Origin: Gekko japonicus | Lineage: Eukaryota | Direction: 5' to 3' | Assembly (NCBI RefSeq): GCF_001447785.1 | Contig: NW_015160869.1 | Location: 186,001-250,000, forward strand | Length of the DNA stretch: 64,000 nucleotides | Shown: piece by piece, positions 11,997 through 24,525 of the stretch | Layout of the letters: each line of letters opens with the position of its first letter | Position numbering within the stretch: the first letter of the stretch is position 1 | The notes under the pieces: model-generated | What the model was told of the DNA's origin: nothing | Databases searched by the model: none | What the model saw: only the letters and a program-made list of their open reading frames with translations | Translations under genes and position numbers: made by a program

Positions 11997-12795
11997 GTAG
12001 GATTGCCACTGCCTGGTTGGGAAATGTCTACAGATTTGGGGATGGAGCCTAGGGAACATGAGGTTTGATGAGAGTAGGGTATAATGCCATAGAAGTCCCT
12101 CTCCAAAGCAGCCCTTTTCTCCAGGGGAACTGATCTCTGTTGTTTGAAGATCAGTTGTAATTCCAGAACCTCTCCAGCCCCCACCTGGAGGGTAGCAACC
12201 CCACCTAGAGTTGCCAAATCTAGCATGGGAAATTCCTGGTGATTTGGGAGCAGAGCCTGGGGGAGGAAAGGGAGTTCAGCAAGGATGTGATGCCATAGAG
12301 TCTGCTGCTGCCGCCACCCTCACCCCCCAAGAAGCTGCCATTTCCTCCAGGGGAAGTCATCTCTGTAGTCTGGAGATCACTGATAATTCTGGGCAGGGCT
12401 TTTTTTGTAGAAAAAGCCCAGCAGGAACTCATTAGCATATTAGGCCACACCCATGACAGCACAACTCATTAGCATATTAGGCCACACCCCCGTGTTACCA
12501 GAAGTGTGGTTATCCAGCCATACCCACCTTTTGCTTCTTATTCTGTTTACCTTGTTTCTTGTGAAAACCCAGGGCTTTTTTTGGAGCAGGAACTCCTTTG
12601 CATGTTAGGCCACACCCCTAATGTAGCCAGTCCTAATGAGTTTCTGCTGTTGGGTGTGGCCTATTATGCTAATTAGTTCCTGCTGGGTGTGGCCAACTTG
12701 GGAGCCAGCCAGAACTCCGTTCCTGTGTGTTCCTGCCCAAAAATAGCCCTGATTCTGGGAGAATTCCAGGCCCTGTCTGGAGGTTGGCAAACCTT
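11997..12795. mobile_element. Two adjacent TAGGGTTGCC-family MITEs, the second interrupted by a nested hAT MITE
   Basis: taggattgcc...ggtagcaaccc, then tagagttgcc...ggttggcaacc, with a shared body (gccatagag...ttctccaggggaactgatctctg). Confidence 0.75.
12394..12751. mobile_element. hAT-type MITE (CAGGGCTTTTT...AAAATAGCCCTG)
   Basis: Terminal inverted repeats, perfect 8-bp TSD ATTCTGGG, and repeated ctcattagcatattaggccacaccc subterminal motifs. Confidence 0.88.
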
Positions 12796-13860
12796 AAATG
12801 TTGGTGGGTTAGCTACCCATTGTTTCCCCATAGAATATATATATCTCCAATAGCTGGTTGTACAAATGGGATCAGGTTACACATTGCTGAATTCCAGCTC
12901 TTTGTGTGATTCGAGCTGTGCAGTTCAGGGAAATAAATTAATTGCTCACCTTTCACGGCTGTAATTTTTGCACTTTAATGAGTAGTTTCTACATGGGTAA
13001 AATTAGAAGACTTAAGCTCAGAAAGTCTCAGATGGCATGAGACTGTTCAACATTAACAAAGACTTTGATTCCTGCTAATAAAAATGACTCCAAAGTTCAG
13101 AAAATGGGATACCAGAAAATGGCAGGAAGGGGAAAGAATGGAGGCTGCTTGTGTCTGCAACCCCTTTCTGGAATCGGTGTCCAGAAGACAACCTTTTGAC
13201 TGGGTCTTTTTCCTTGATAGCCCCAGTTGTGTGGACTGATACCATCTTCAGTCAAAGTCTAATAAAATTTTAACACACACCTAAGCCCTGTTCAGCTTTC
13301 TGTATGAACCAGAATAGTCATGTGGTAGCAAGTTTTGAAGGTCTGCACCATTTCACAAAGGAGCTGTTTACCTGTAATTCCCCCAGCACTGCAAGAGCAG
13401 CAGCCAGTAAAATAGGCGAACAGGCAGTGCTTTGCCATGTCCTCATCATCCAGAGACATGAGTGAGAGGTGAAGCTGGAGGGTGGCTCTGCCCACACTGT
13501 GCAGATATATGGCTGGGGAATGACCAAAGGGCCATCTGGAGAGCCAGCAGCTCCGGGCAGCAGATTCCAGGGTTGCATCATTCTCCTGGCTCTGCTCTCT
13601 ATCTTTGTGTGGCAGTAACACAAGTAGTGCCCAGTTACTTAATCGAGCTCCTTCCTTTCTATGGGTTATTCTGTTTTGTAACCAGCTGAGTCCCACAGTA
13701 GACCCAGCGTGAGCCCTTTTTGTTTATTGGTTATGTCATGCCACCATGCAGTAGTTTAGCATGTAAAATGGTAGGCTGCACACAGTATAGGCTGTGCATT
13801 ACCACTGAAACATGGATAATGGTCATAATGCAACCTCTTAATGGAAATATAACTTTAGAG

Positions 13861-14436
13861 ATAGAATCATAGAATGTTAGAGGTGGAAGGGACCTTTCAG
13901 GTCATCTAGTCCAACCCCCTGCACTCTGCAGGAGCATAGCCAAAAGATAGCCCTACATACCTACAACATACCTGAAAGATGGTCGTCCAGCCTCCGCTTG
14001 AAAACGTCCAGCGAAGGAGCATCCACCACCTCCCAAGGCAGACTGTTCCACTGCCCAACCACTCTTACAGTTAGAAAGTTTCTCCTGATACTTAGCTGGT
14101 AACGACTCCCTTGTAATTTCTACCCATTAGATCTAGTCTTGCAATCCGGAGCAAAAGAGAATAGATCTGCTCCATCTTCTACATGACAACCCTTCAAGTA
14201 CTTGAAGACTGCAATCATGTCCCCTCTAAGCCTTCTCTTCCCCAGGCTAAACGTACCCAATTCTTTCAGCCTTTCCTCATAAGACTTGGATTCGAACCCT
14301 CTCACCATCCTGGTTGCCCTTATGGACACGCTCGAGCTTGTCAACATCCTTCCTAAAATGTGGTGCCCAAAACTGGACACAGTACTCCAGGTGAGGCCTG
14401 ACCGTAGCAGAATAGAGCGGAACAGAATAGAGCGGA
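13861..14436 (-). mobile_element. CR1 LINE 3' fragment (ORF2 C-terminus and 3' UTR)
   Basis: Peptide [44 protein letters not shown]; (ATTCTATG)n tail. Confidence 0.93.
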
Positions 14437-15321
14437 GGTGAGTTAAGAATCACAACGATTGTTTAAAATACAGGATCCCCAAAATCTCTGTAAAAAAAAC
14501 AGTGTTGAGACACTGAATTATCAGGAACAGATAGTAAAAAAAAAAACCAGAGACTTTAGTGGACAGTTAAGGCTATTGAAGTGTATTTGATTTTAATGAG
14601 AGGCCTAAAGCAACCGCCTCCTCTCTCTCAGCCTCCTCGTCTTTATTACAAGGACCATAATACTGCCCTATAGGGTTGTTGATAAGAGTTTCCAAGATAA
14701 TCTGTGTGAAGAGCTTTGAACATTCTTTAGTGCTATATAAATGCTAAGTGTTATTAATATTAAATGAAAAAGGGCAGACAAAGGTTTCAGGCAGAGCAGT
14801 TTCTGGAAGAGGAGGAGAAGAGATATGGTAGACAGAAGCTCCTAAATATAGCTACTAAACTTCTGGCATAATTCTAGGGCGTATTTCAGTGTAGAGTCAA
14901 AACAAGTACTTTGCTCTTAAATTCCAATTTAGATTTCCTCAGTTTAGCATATTAATAATTTTAATGTGAACATTTTAAATAACTCTGAGATTTAGGGCCA
15001 ACTCCATGAAAACATTCAGATTTCTGAAGGGGATTTCTGAAAGAAGGAGCAAGCTATCCTGAAAGTTTTAACATGTTAATCTTTGTAGCTTGATTTCCTT
15101 CTACTGCTGGCAGACAAATGAAATATGGCTTGGACCTACATAAACTAAGTAAATTATTCAATTATGAAGGATAGTCTGATTATTTTTGCTACCATATTTT
15201 CAGGCAAGTTCTCTGGAGCAGCAGCACAGCAGTGTTCTAAATAAATAAGAAAACTGCATGTATGTGAAGCACCATCTTCTTCCTTATCCACTAAGATCCT
15301 GAGAGAACACCCTTTTCTGAC

Positions 15322-15500
15322 TAGGGATGCCAGCTCCAAGTTGGGAAATACCTGCAGATTTTGGGGGTGGAGCCTAAGGAGGGTGGGGTTTGGGGAGAGA
15401 ATGGACTTCAATGGGGTATAATTAGGGTTGCCAGATCCCTCCTGGCAACCAGCGGGAAATGGGGGGAGGGACTTACCAGGAGCGGGAGGGAGGCCCAGGC
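15322..15500. mobile_element. TAGGGTTGCC-family MITE fragments (two left ends)
   Basis: tagggatgccagctccaagttgggaaat and tagggttgccagatcc. Confidence 0.6.
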
Positions 15501-15710
15501 AGCAGGCCTTTTCTGCATTGGCTCCTGTACCGTGCTTTTCCTTTCTTACATCTGGTTGTATATGGCCTTGGTTTGAATTTTAAGCACCAAGTAAAGATTT
15601 TCTTCTAGGCATTTGTTTGAACAGTTAACTTTTTTCTTTCATTTTTTCCCTTCTGTGATTTAAAAAAAAATGTTGTAAATTATTGTTTTAATATGGGTTT
15701 TTAAAAAAAA

Positions 15711-16325
15711 TATATTTATTTATTACAGTTTTCTTGTGCATTACATCATGCATTCATGGTAATTCAAACAGTTTCAACTATCAGAGTCAAATAAATCATA
15801 CATTATTATCTTTTATCCACTTATAAAACATTTCCCATCTACTATGAAATACGTCCATATCTTAATTCTCTAAGATTGTGGTCAGTTTGTCTATTTCAAC
15901 TACTTCCTGAACTTTGGTTATCAATTCATTTCGTGATGGTATCCTTTCAAGTTTCCAATTTTTGGCAAATATAATCCGTGCTGCAGTAATAATAAATCCC
16001 ATAGAATATTTTTGTTCATTTTTCAACTTATCTGGCAATATGTTTAACAAAAATATTTCTGGTCTAAAAGGCAGTTCTACTTTGTACATATCTGCTAGTA
16101 TCTTACGTACCCTCTGCCAGAATCGCTGAGACTTTTGGCACCTCCACCACATGTGATAGAAGGTGCCTACATTGTTTTTACATTTCCAGCAATTTTTAGA
16201 TACATTCGGGTAACATTTAGCTATTTTATCCGGGGACCAGTGCCACCGGTGATACATTTTAAATATATTTCCCTTATATGGAATTGTGCGTAGCTGTTTT
16301 GCAGCAATCCGTTTTAATATGGTTT
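15711..16325 (-). mobile_element. L1/Tx1-clade LINE 3' fragment (ORF2 C-terminal cysteine-rich domain)
   Basis: ORF 15862-16404: FKMYHRWHWSP...NCWKCKNNVGTFYHMWWRC, a C-x2-C...H-x4-C motif of L1-type ORF2, followed by AATAAA on the minus strand. Confidence 0.85.
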
Positions 16326-16685
16326 TAAGTGTTCTAATTATTTGTGATTTTTTTTTTACAATTTTGTAACCACATTGGAAGTCATGTGCTACAAATGTAG
16401 ACAACCTGTAAATCTTTTAAATAAACAAAACTGACAATGCCATTCTCAGCAGACTTACACCCTACTAAGCCCCCTCATTTCAGTGGACTTGGAAGAGTAG
16501 AGCTCTGCTGATAGGGTAGGAACTTGCTTATGAAAATCTCTTTTAAAGTGATAGTCTATGTTATCCTTACCATTGTATCCCATTGCACTTAAAGAGATAA
16601 GATGGCTCCCTTGCCATGGGGATAGGCTATTCATATATTGAAAATCTTTTTCAACAGAAGTCTTTCATTTATTGTGCATGCATTG

Positions 16686-17024
16686 TGTTAACTATGCAAC
16701 CCAACAACAAAGTAAGTAACAAAGTGAATCAGCTTTATTGAGAACAAGCGCTTCCAAAGATCACACAGCATCAGACGACACAACAACAAACAACAGTGGA
16801 GCATAGCTCCTTTTAAACTCCCCCGGGCTGGTGTAGCCACACCCTTACAAAGTTAGCATCCAATCACATTGTTAAGATAACATCCAATCATTGGTCTTCC
16901 CTCCAGCACAAACTCTTGCATTTCATTGGTTACAGTACATGCTTCAGCCAATGGTGTTGTTCCAGATTACAATCCGGCTGAGGTTTCAAGCTTTACATTA
17001 CAAGTCAATGGTAAAGACACAACA
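16686..17024 (-). mobile_element. Solo LTR (339 bp)
   Basis: TGTT...AACA termini and a perfect 5-bp TSD CATTG. On the minus strand, CCAAT boxes, TTTAAAA and AATAAA occur in LTR order. Confidence 0.85.
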
Positions 17025-17099
17025 CATTGTTTGAATGACTGTACAGAAGACTGAGCTGTTAGTCCCTCAGCAACACGTTGTAGACATGGAAAGGACAAA

Positions 17100-17380
17100 G
17101 GGAGCCTGAAAGCTTATACCTTGAAAATCATAGAACAAACTTGGAGTCCAGTGGCACCTTTAAGACCAACACAATTTAATTCTGGGTATAAACTGTGCTG
17201 AGAATTAAACTTTGTTGGCCTTAAAGGTGCCACTGGACTCAAACTTTGTTCTGTTGCTTCAGACCAACCCAGCCACCCACCTGAATCTACCCTGAAAATC
17301 TTGTTGATCTCTTGAGATTCTACTGGACTTGAATCTCGCTCATGTACTGCAGACCAACATGGCTGCCCTCTTGAAACTTT
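17100..17380. mobile_element. Cluster of Penelope-like pseudo-LTR remnants (one inverted pair)
   Basis: gaaagcttatacc hammerhead remnant; inverted gagtccagtggcacctttaag / cttaaaggtgccactggactc; two cagaccaac tails. Confidence 0.7.
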
Positions 17381-17496
17381 GCAGACATGTGGCTGTGGCT
17401 AACTAGCAATGTCCTAGTACACAGTAAGGACATAGTCTACTGAAAGTGGATCATGTGGAGGTCAGTTACCCCTTATTGATGGTATTTGGTATTCTC

Positions 17497-17719
17497 TGTG
17501 TGTGTGCGCATGCTTGCGAGCCTGGAAGTCATAGTGACTTCTGGTGATCCCTAGTGGGGCTAGGAAACTTCAGAAGAGGTGGCTTTGATATTACCTGCCT
17601 CTGTGTCCCAGCCCTGGTATTCCTTGGATGTTGCCCTTCCAAGTACTTGCCAGGGTCAGCCCTGCTTCGCTTCTGAGATCTGATGAAACTGGGCTTGCCT
17701 GGGCTATCCAGGTCAGAGC
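17497..17719 (-). mobile_element. 5S rRNA-derived SINE
   Basis: Reverse complement contains the 5S internal control region: cagatctcagaagcgaagcagggctgaccctggcaagtacttggaagg. Confidence 0.85.
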
Positions 17720-17949
17720 TAATGGTCCCCCGTTTTAATAGCCCTGCAAACAAGCCCACTGTCAGAATTTTGAGGAGTTTTAAAAGATATAACAAATAAA
17801 TACTGTGTTGATCTTGAATTTTTTTTATTACCTTCTTTATGGCTTTAAAGATAAAGATCACCACCAATTATGCCTGGAAAGAGAGAGCCAGTGGAATGCT
17901 TTCAACATTAGAGGGGTGTATGTTGTGCGGTCTGTCTGTGTGCCTGTCA

Positions 17950-18144
17950 AATGCTGTCAAGTTGTAGCTGACTTATGGTGACCCCATAGGGTTTTCAAGG
18001 CAAGAGGTGGTTTACAATTGCCTACCTCTGCACAATAACCCTGGATGTCCTTGGTGGTCTCTCATCAGTACTAGCCGGGGTTGACCCCGCTTAGCTTCTG
18101 AGATCTGATGAGATCAGGCTAGCCTGGCCTATCCAGCTCAGAGC
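17950..18144 (-). mobile_element. 5S rRNA-derived SINE
   Basis: 5S-like head (cttagcttctgagatctgatgagatcaggc) with ccatagggttttcaaggcaagag tail. Confidence 0.8.
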
Positions 18145-18589
18145 GGGGTCTCTCTGCAGCAACCAGGAAAGTCGGAGATGCATTTTGAACCAAGAAAAAA
18201 CTTCTAGACAGTCTTCAAAGGCAGCTCTACATAGAGCAAACTAAAGTAATCTAACCTGGATATGATCAGAGTATGGATAGTTGTATGTCTCAATCTTGTG
18301 AAACGTATATGGAAAGCAGAGGCTGAGAGATTGCAGGTTTCTATGGAGACTGCAGTTTGCCCTGGTTGTCTCACTGAGTTTATGGTTGTCAGTAATTTGA
18401 ATGAACTTGCATGGTCATTTTGTAGAAGGAACTGAAGTTCATTCCATGTGAGAGTACGAAGTTAAATGACATCATTAGTGGAGCTTATAATGTTGGTAGC
18501 TAATGGGGAGAAGACACAGACACTGATGAAACTGGATCCATTTTTAGTTGTTGCTCATTGTGGTCAGTGACAGGAGAAAAGTAGACATG

Positions 18590-19034
18590 GGTCCCTGCCA
18601 CACGGCAGGGAAAACACTGGCCAAAGTGCGGCTAATTAGAGCTGCACCAAAATAGAGACGCCGCGGCGGGATCCCACAGATCCCCTGAGCCGCGGCACCG
18701 TTGCTCCCTGGCACGATCAGATGCCGGGGAGGAAGACACGGTCGGGAGGGGGAGTCTGCCAAACTGCGCATGTGTGAGCATGCGCAGTCCGGCCAGGAGC
18801 CGGGGATGCGCCGGCGGACGGACGCGCCGGCGATCCCACGGCTGGCCTTGATGCGGACTTCCCGGATGAACCACCTTGGTAGGTGGTTCATTTTTGCTGC
18901 GGGGTTTTCAGCGGAAGGGCCGGATCGGGAACGGGCGCGCAACGCTTCCCAGATGTTGCAGTGGGATTGCGCCCGTTTGCTGCAGCCCCGATCCGACCCT
19001 CTCCCGGCCCAAAACCTCTCGTGTGACCGGGGCC
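18590..19034. mobile_element. CpG-rich PIF/Harbinger-like MITE
   Basis: 15-bp terminal repeats ggtccctgccacacg / cgtgtgaccggggcc, the same family as 44838. Flanks ATG/AAG are an imperfect 3-bp TSD. Central palindrome actgcgcatg...catgcgcagt. Confidence 0.8.
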
Positions 19035-20161
19035 AAGGCTGGTTTTTCTACCCAAGAAACCTTGTGAAGCTCTGACTCTTGCAGAAGACATATAATACTA
19101 ATATAACAATGATATATCCTTCGTTCCTCACAGGAAATTAAATATATTTCATATGTGAAATAACAAGTCCATGATCCTCTAGGAAATCATTTTGGACTTT
19201 TTACAAAATCGTATATCTCTGATTCTCAGCTGTCTTTTAATTTTAAAAAGATTAACTTCAATATGCACTGCTTCCTGACACACTGTGATTGTAAGTGCAG
19301 TCAGTAACTGTAAAATCTCCTGTATTTCACTCAAAAGCTGTATGAATGATTACCTCTGCCATTTTGCTCTAATCACCTTGGTTTTGGTCATGCTTAGAGA
19401 GAAATCCTCAGGTGCTGTTGGGTAGGATGGCCATCCTCTCTCAGACCCTAAAAAGGAAAGTCGAGATGGTAGAGTATGTAGTTTGTTTGGTACTCCTACC
19501 CCTTATGCGAGCTCAGTTTTAGTGGGGATTCACATGACTAAGTCCATAGCATATAGGGCAGCTGCTACAAAAATCAATTCCTCCTCCCCATTGCCTCTCA
19601 ACCCCAAATCTGACTTTGAGGGAAAGTTCTGTGCTTCAGCTTGTCTCAGAGAAGCAGGGCTAAGGGATGGACTGTTGCAGTGGAGGGTGCATTCAAACAG
19701 TCAGTGGTGGTGGGTCAGTTAGGGATAAAACCTCGCACTCTGAGTTTTCAGATCACCCAGCATCTTTTCAAACGTACGTCTCTCTACTGCAGTGGTTTAC
19801 AGGTTCAGGTGCAGTATTGAGTTGCCCAAGGAATCAGTCACATAGTATATCCCCAGATATTTCATCATATAGCTTATTTATTTATAGCCCACCTTTTTCA
19901 CTGAAACTCAAGACAGATTACAAAGTTGTTGTTTTTTAAAAATACTATAGAACAGCATACAGCTTTCAGTAAATCGTGCAATCCTATTAGGATTATAGAA
20001 ATTAGGAAACAATGCAAACAGAAAACTAAGGTATGACATACTATAAACAAGGCAGAAGTTGAATCACAATGATAGAAGATGCACTAAAAGCAAGATGATA
20101 TTTACAATAATAATTGCAGTAAACTACAGTCCTATTCCACTATAATGGTGCCTTTCTGTGG

Positions 20162-20360
20162 GTGGTGGAAAGTGCCCTCAAGTCACAGCTGATTTATGGT
20201 GAACCCCCCCCATAGGATTTTCAAGGCAAGAGATGCTCAGAGACTGTTTGCCATTGCCTGCCTCTGCATGGCAACCCTGGTCTCCCTTCCAAGTGCTAAC
20301 CAGAGTCGACCCTGCTTAGCTTCCAAGATATGACAAAATCAGGCTAGTCTCGGCCATCCT
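20162..20360 (-). mobile_element. 5S rRNA-derived SINE (degenerate)
   Basis: Same head and tail motifs as the other 5S-SINE copies. Confidence 0.75.
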
Positions 20361-23300
20361 GTGCATTTCTGTACTGTTCCGTTTTACTACAGATTCTAAT
20401 CCATTTTTAAAAGTGCCCTTCTGAACAATTCTGTTTTACCCAATCTGCAGAATGACAGATTGGAAAAGGAAGCTGGTACTTACAAGAGATCTAGTTGGAC
20501 CATTTGGCATTAGTCAACAAAAAGACCGGTGGGGAAAGGACTGTCTTGTGTTCCGTCCTCCATCTGAACTAAAGCTACCTCTGAAAATGCCACCTCACAA
20601 AAAGGTCCGAATGAACACGGGTGTTCCTTCTTGAAGCATTTTGAGGGTAAACAACAGAGTAGGATTTGCAGTGGAAGTTTCACACAGTTGTCCCTGGATT
20701 TTACCTATAATTTAAATCAAATTCTGAGCTGAAATTTCTGCAGAGAACATCAGCAACAACAAAAACCCTGTCAACCAAAGCAGACACCCTCCCCAATCCC
20801 AGAGATGTACACATTCCTACTTTGGACAGTCTCATTGTCTAGGAAAGTGACACACAAAGGGTTGTTTGTTTTTAATGCAGATAGTGTACAGGTTCTGCAT
20901 GCTGATTGTCACATCTAGGGAAAAATCCCCCAAATACTGGAATTATGAAAGAATATGAATGGATGGACCTGTACTTGTTTTTGATCCAGAGAGGGTGAAA
21001 TAAAATACTTTCAAAACTTTTGTCTAAGGGGAAGAGTAGATGTGATATTAAGGGAGAATCAGGACTGTGGTTTTTTGTTTAGTGTTTCATGGGGGGAGCA
21101 GATGTGGGACACGCATGCAGACTTCTTGTACAGATGAAGGTTTTATGAACTGGGAGGGGGGAGTCAGCTGAAGAACAGAATTGATTAATGTGACATATTT
21201 CAGTTTTCTTTCTACTACTGTCTCAACAGCCAGTCAGAAAGATCAGCTTCACACACAGTAAATTAAATTTAAATTACACAGTCTTGGCGAGAAAATTGCT
21301 CAGTTAATCTAGCCTCCTGAAATGAAATTTTATTTTTTTACACATTAACTCCATCCTAATTCTTCATACCCTGTTGGTTTCTGCCAGCCATCTCATCAGT
21401 TTAGGTTCTGTTATTTTCTTTTTAAAAGCCAGGTGTTGGCTTTCAGCAAATGTATCTTTCTCCTCAGGAATGTAATATGTCCAGATTTGAAGAGCCCACT
21501 AAAAAAACTTAACCAGTTATTTTCACTTTAAATGTTTATGTTCAATTGGAAGAACACAACAGAGTGTAAGAGCATCCCCCCCCCCATTGGCCCATAGTCA
21601 TCCAGAGAACTTCAAGGCTGAGTGGACATTTAAACCTAGGGTTCCCCAAACCTAGTACAACACACTAACTACTACAGTATGCCATCTATTAACGAACCAG
21701 GTAATACAGTCCAGAGAAGGGTATCACTGCAGGAAATAATTTAGTGTGATGGATCTCAAGGTCTGTGAGCAGATAATGGCACGGAACAGATCTTTCCTGC
21801 CTCCTCCTGTCTTTTGCAGCTGCTCCTAATGGTGAGGAAACCCATGGAAAAGAACAGGAGGATGCAGTTCAAGGGAGAAATCTGCAGAAATTACAGACAC
21901 CTTCTGTTGCCCAAGTAGAAGTGGCTTCCATTCTTACAAGGACTGCTTTGGTGTCAATCTAATGTCTATATTAGTTGATATTTTGTAAATATGTAGTCTT
22001 TTACAAGCAGTAGAAACTCAACAGGACTTTCATGTAGATGAGGACCCCGTTGAAATGAGATGTTGGCCACAGACAAAGCACTTGTGCATGCGGTTTTCCA
22101 AGCATCCAACATCATATCCAAAAGAAGTTGTAATGTATATCATATGCCCATATGCATATGCCTTCAGGGCCACAGACCATTGGTGTGCACATGCATAGGA
22201 TGCATGGACCCTGTGAGCATCTGTTGAATAAGTCCCTGACAATATGGAGCAGCATTATTAGCAAATACTTTGACATAACTGTGTCCAATCCAAATTATCA
22301 TTAAAAATGGTTTATGGCATCATTTTTAATGAATAACCAATGTGCTATAGCTAGTGAGAACTGACTGCCAAAAACTTGTCCGTGTATTTCATAAAGCCAC
22401 AATCAAAATACAGTGAATGGGCTGTTAGAACGGGTAATAAATAAGCATCTTCAATATATTTACCAGTTGCTCTGAAACGTCCTCTAATCCAGTAAGTTTA
22501 TGAGTGACCTTTCATGTCTGCCACTGCTGTGGCAAAAGGATAAGAGGTCTTGAAACTCTTACACAGCACTGGTCAGATTCCGAGTGTGGGGTTGCTCACT
22601 AGTTTCCAGACTTCACCATGGGTGTGACGCTGAGATTCAGAGAAGTTTCATCACTTTCTTGACCATCTTTTCAAACAAAAAGACATGCATCCCACTTCTC
22701 CACTAGGAATATCCTCTGGTTATTTGAAACAAACTCCCCTTTGCTATGACATTAGATATGGAATATCATGCAGACTGCAGCCATTCCACTATGATGTGAC
22801 AGCAAACACAGGTGTCTAGCCACTCCTAGCTCTCTGCACCTGTATGATATATGTGTTGCCAAGCATAGTCCTTTTAAGACTAGGCACATGCTGGGAGGCT
22901 GGCAACGATGGGTATCGGGAGTGCGTTCCTACTGATATGCACAGTTGCCATATTTTCCAAACAGGAACATTGCATTTATTTTTTTATTTATTTTATTTTA
23001 TTAGATTTGTATGTATTTTGCATGTGTTATACTGGTTGGCATGTGCAACCCAGACTTTTGGAAAATACAGTGATTGGTTTGCACATACCAAAGCTACACA
23101 TGCAGTATATGAATGGTGTCCCTAATAATGACCATGCAGATTGAAAAGAGTATGCTCCCAATATCACATGGCCTCCCCTACAAAGCAGCCCTACTAAAAT
23201 TGCCTGAGGTTATTACTTATCCAGCGGCTCGAGCTAATACAGAAAGCCATGTCTTCATTTTAGTTAAATTTTTAATCTGATTTTGAAATTCTAATCTGAC

Positions 23301-23434
23301 AATTGTTTATATTGTAAATGAAATTTTGATGTTACCCGTCCTGAGCCCATGTGCGGGAAGGGCGGTATAGTTACTGGATTCCCAGTATGTGCAGACATAA
23401 ATGGCATCTGAAAAGGCTCATATCTTTGCTTGAT

Positions 23435-23649
23435 TTGGTGGAAAGTGCTATCAGGTCATAGATGACTGCTGACAACCCTGTGGGGTTTTCAAGGCAAGAG
23501 CTTTCAGAGGTGGTTTGCCATTGCCTGCTTCTGCATAGCAACCCTGGTATTCCTTGGAAGTCTCCCATCCAAATACTAACCGGGGCTGACTCTACTTAGC
23601 TTCTGAGATCTGAAGAGATCAGGCTAGCCTGGGCTATCCAGGTCAGGGC
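23435..23649 (-). mobile_element. 5S rRNA-derived SINE
   Basis: tctcccatccaaatactaacc...cttagcttctgagatc...ctatccaggtcagggc. Confidence 0.85.
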
Positions 23650-23874
23650 TTGCCTCATTTACCTATTACATTTTATGTGTTCTCTTAAAACACTTTACTT
23701 AAAATATGATGTGTGAAGTGGACCTACATTCATGCAAAAAGAAGGGAGACCTGCAGTGAAGAAAGGTCAGTTGAAGGGTGCACTAGATGCATTCTAGGTG
23801 ATCTGTTATTAGGATTTCCTGGTGTGTTTTTTTAAAAACCTAAAAGCAGCCAGCCCGGGGGGGGGGGTAAGAGC

Positions 23875-24525
23875 TAGGGATGGGCATGAACCATGAAAGC
23901 AAATTCATCACGAATTTTCCCTGTTCATGGTTCATGAACCAAAGTTCGTGACAGGCTGCTGCATGACCTTGGACGAGCCATAGTTCTGTCAGAGCTGTTC
24001 TCTCAAGGACAGTTCTGGAAAGAGCTCTCTCAGCCCCACCCACCTCACAGGGTGTCTGTTGTGGGGAGGGGAAGGGAAAGGAGTTTGTAAGCCGCTCTGA
24101 GACTCCAAGTGAAGGGTGGGGTATAAATCCAATCTCCTCCTCCTGTTCTTCTTCTTCTGCTTCTTCTTCAACTTTCATGAACTTTTAAAACAGTCCATGG
24201 TGTTTGTGGATAGAGCAAAAAGCAGGGATTTAAAGGGATTCTGCTGCTCAGCTATTTCAGGCTGTCTTGCAGCCTTTAAAGGGAGTGCACAAGACACCCA
24301 AAAAAAACAGCTGAGCTGCTAGAAGCGCCTGCTCCCAACTGCTCAGCTGTTTTGGGCTGGGTTGCATTCTAGAAACCCTGTTTAAAGGGACTGTGGTCCC
24401 TTTCAACAGGGTTTGTAGGGCCACAAACCGGTCCAGTTTGCGACCGAACCCCCCAGTTCAATTCAGTTTGTGGTTCAACCACAAACCCACACAAACTGCA
24501 TTTTCCCAGTCCGTGCCCATCTCTA
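23875..24525. mobile_element. hAT-type MITE (TAGGGATGGGCA...TGCCCATCTCTA) with nested SINE
   Basis: Terminal inverted repeats and perfect 8-bp TSD GTAAGAGC (23867-23874, 24526-24533). Confidence 0.88.
23952..24169 (+). mobile_element. 5'-truncated Squam3-like SINE inserted in the hAT MITE
   Basis: Body cacctcacagggtgtctgttgtggggagggg...gtaagccgctctgag and (CTT)n tail. Confidence 0.85.
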
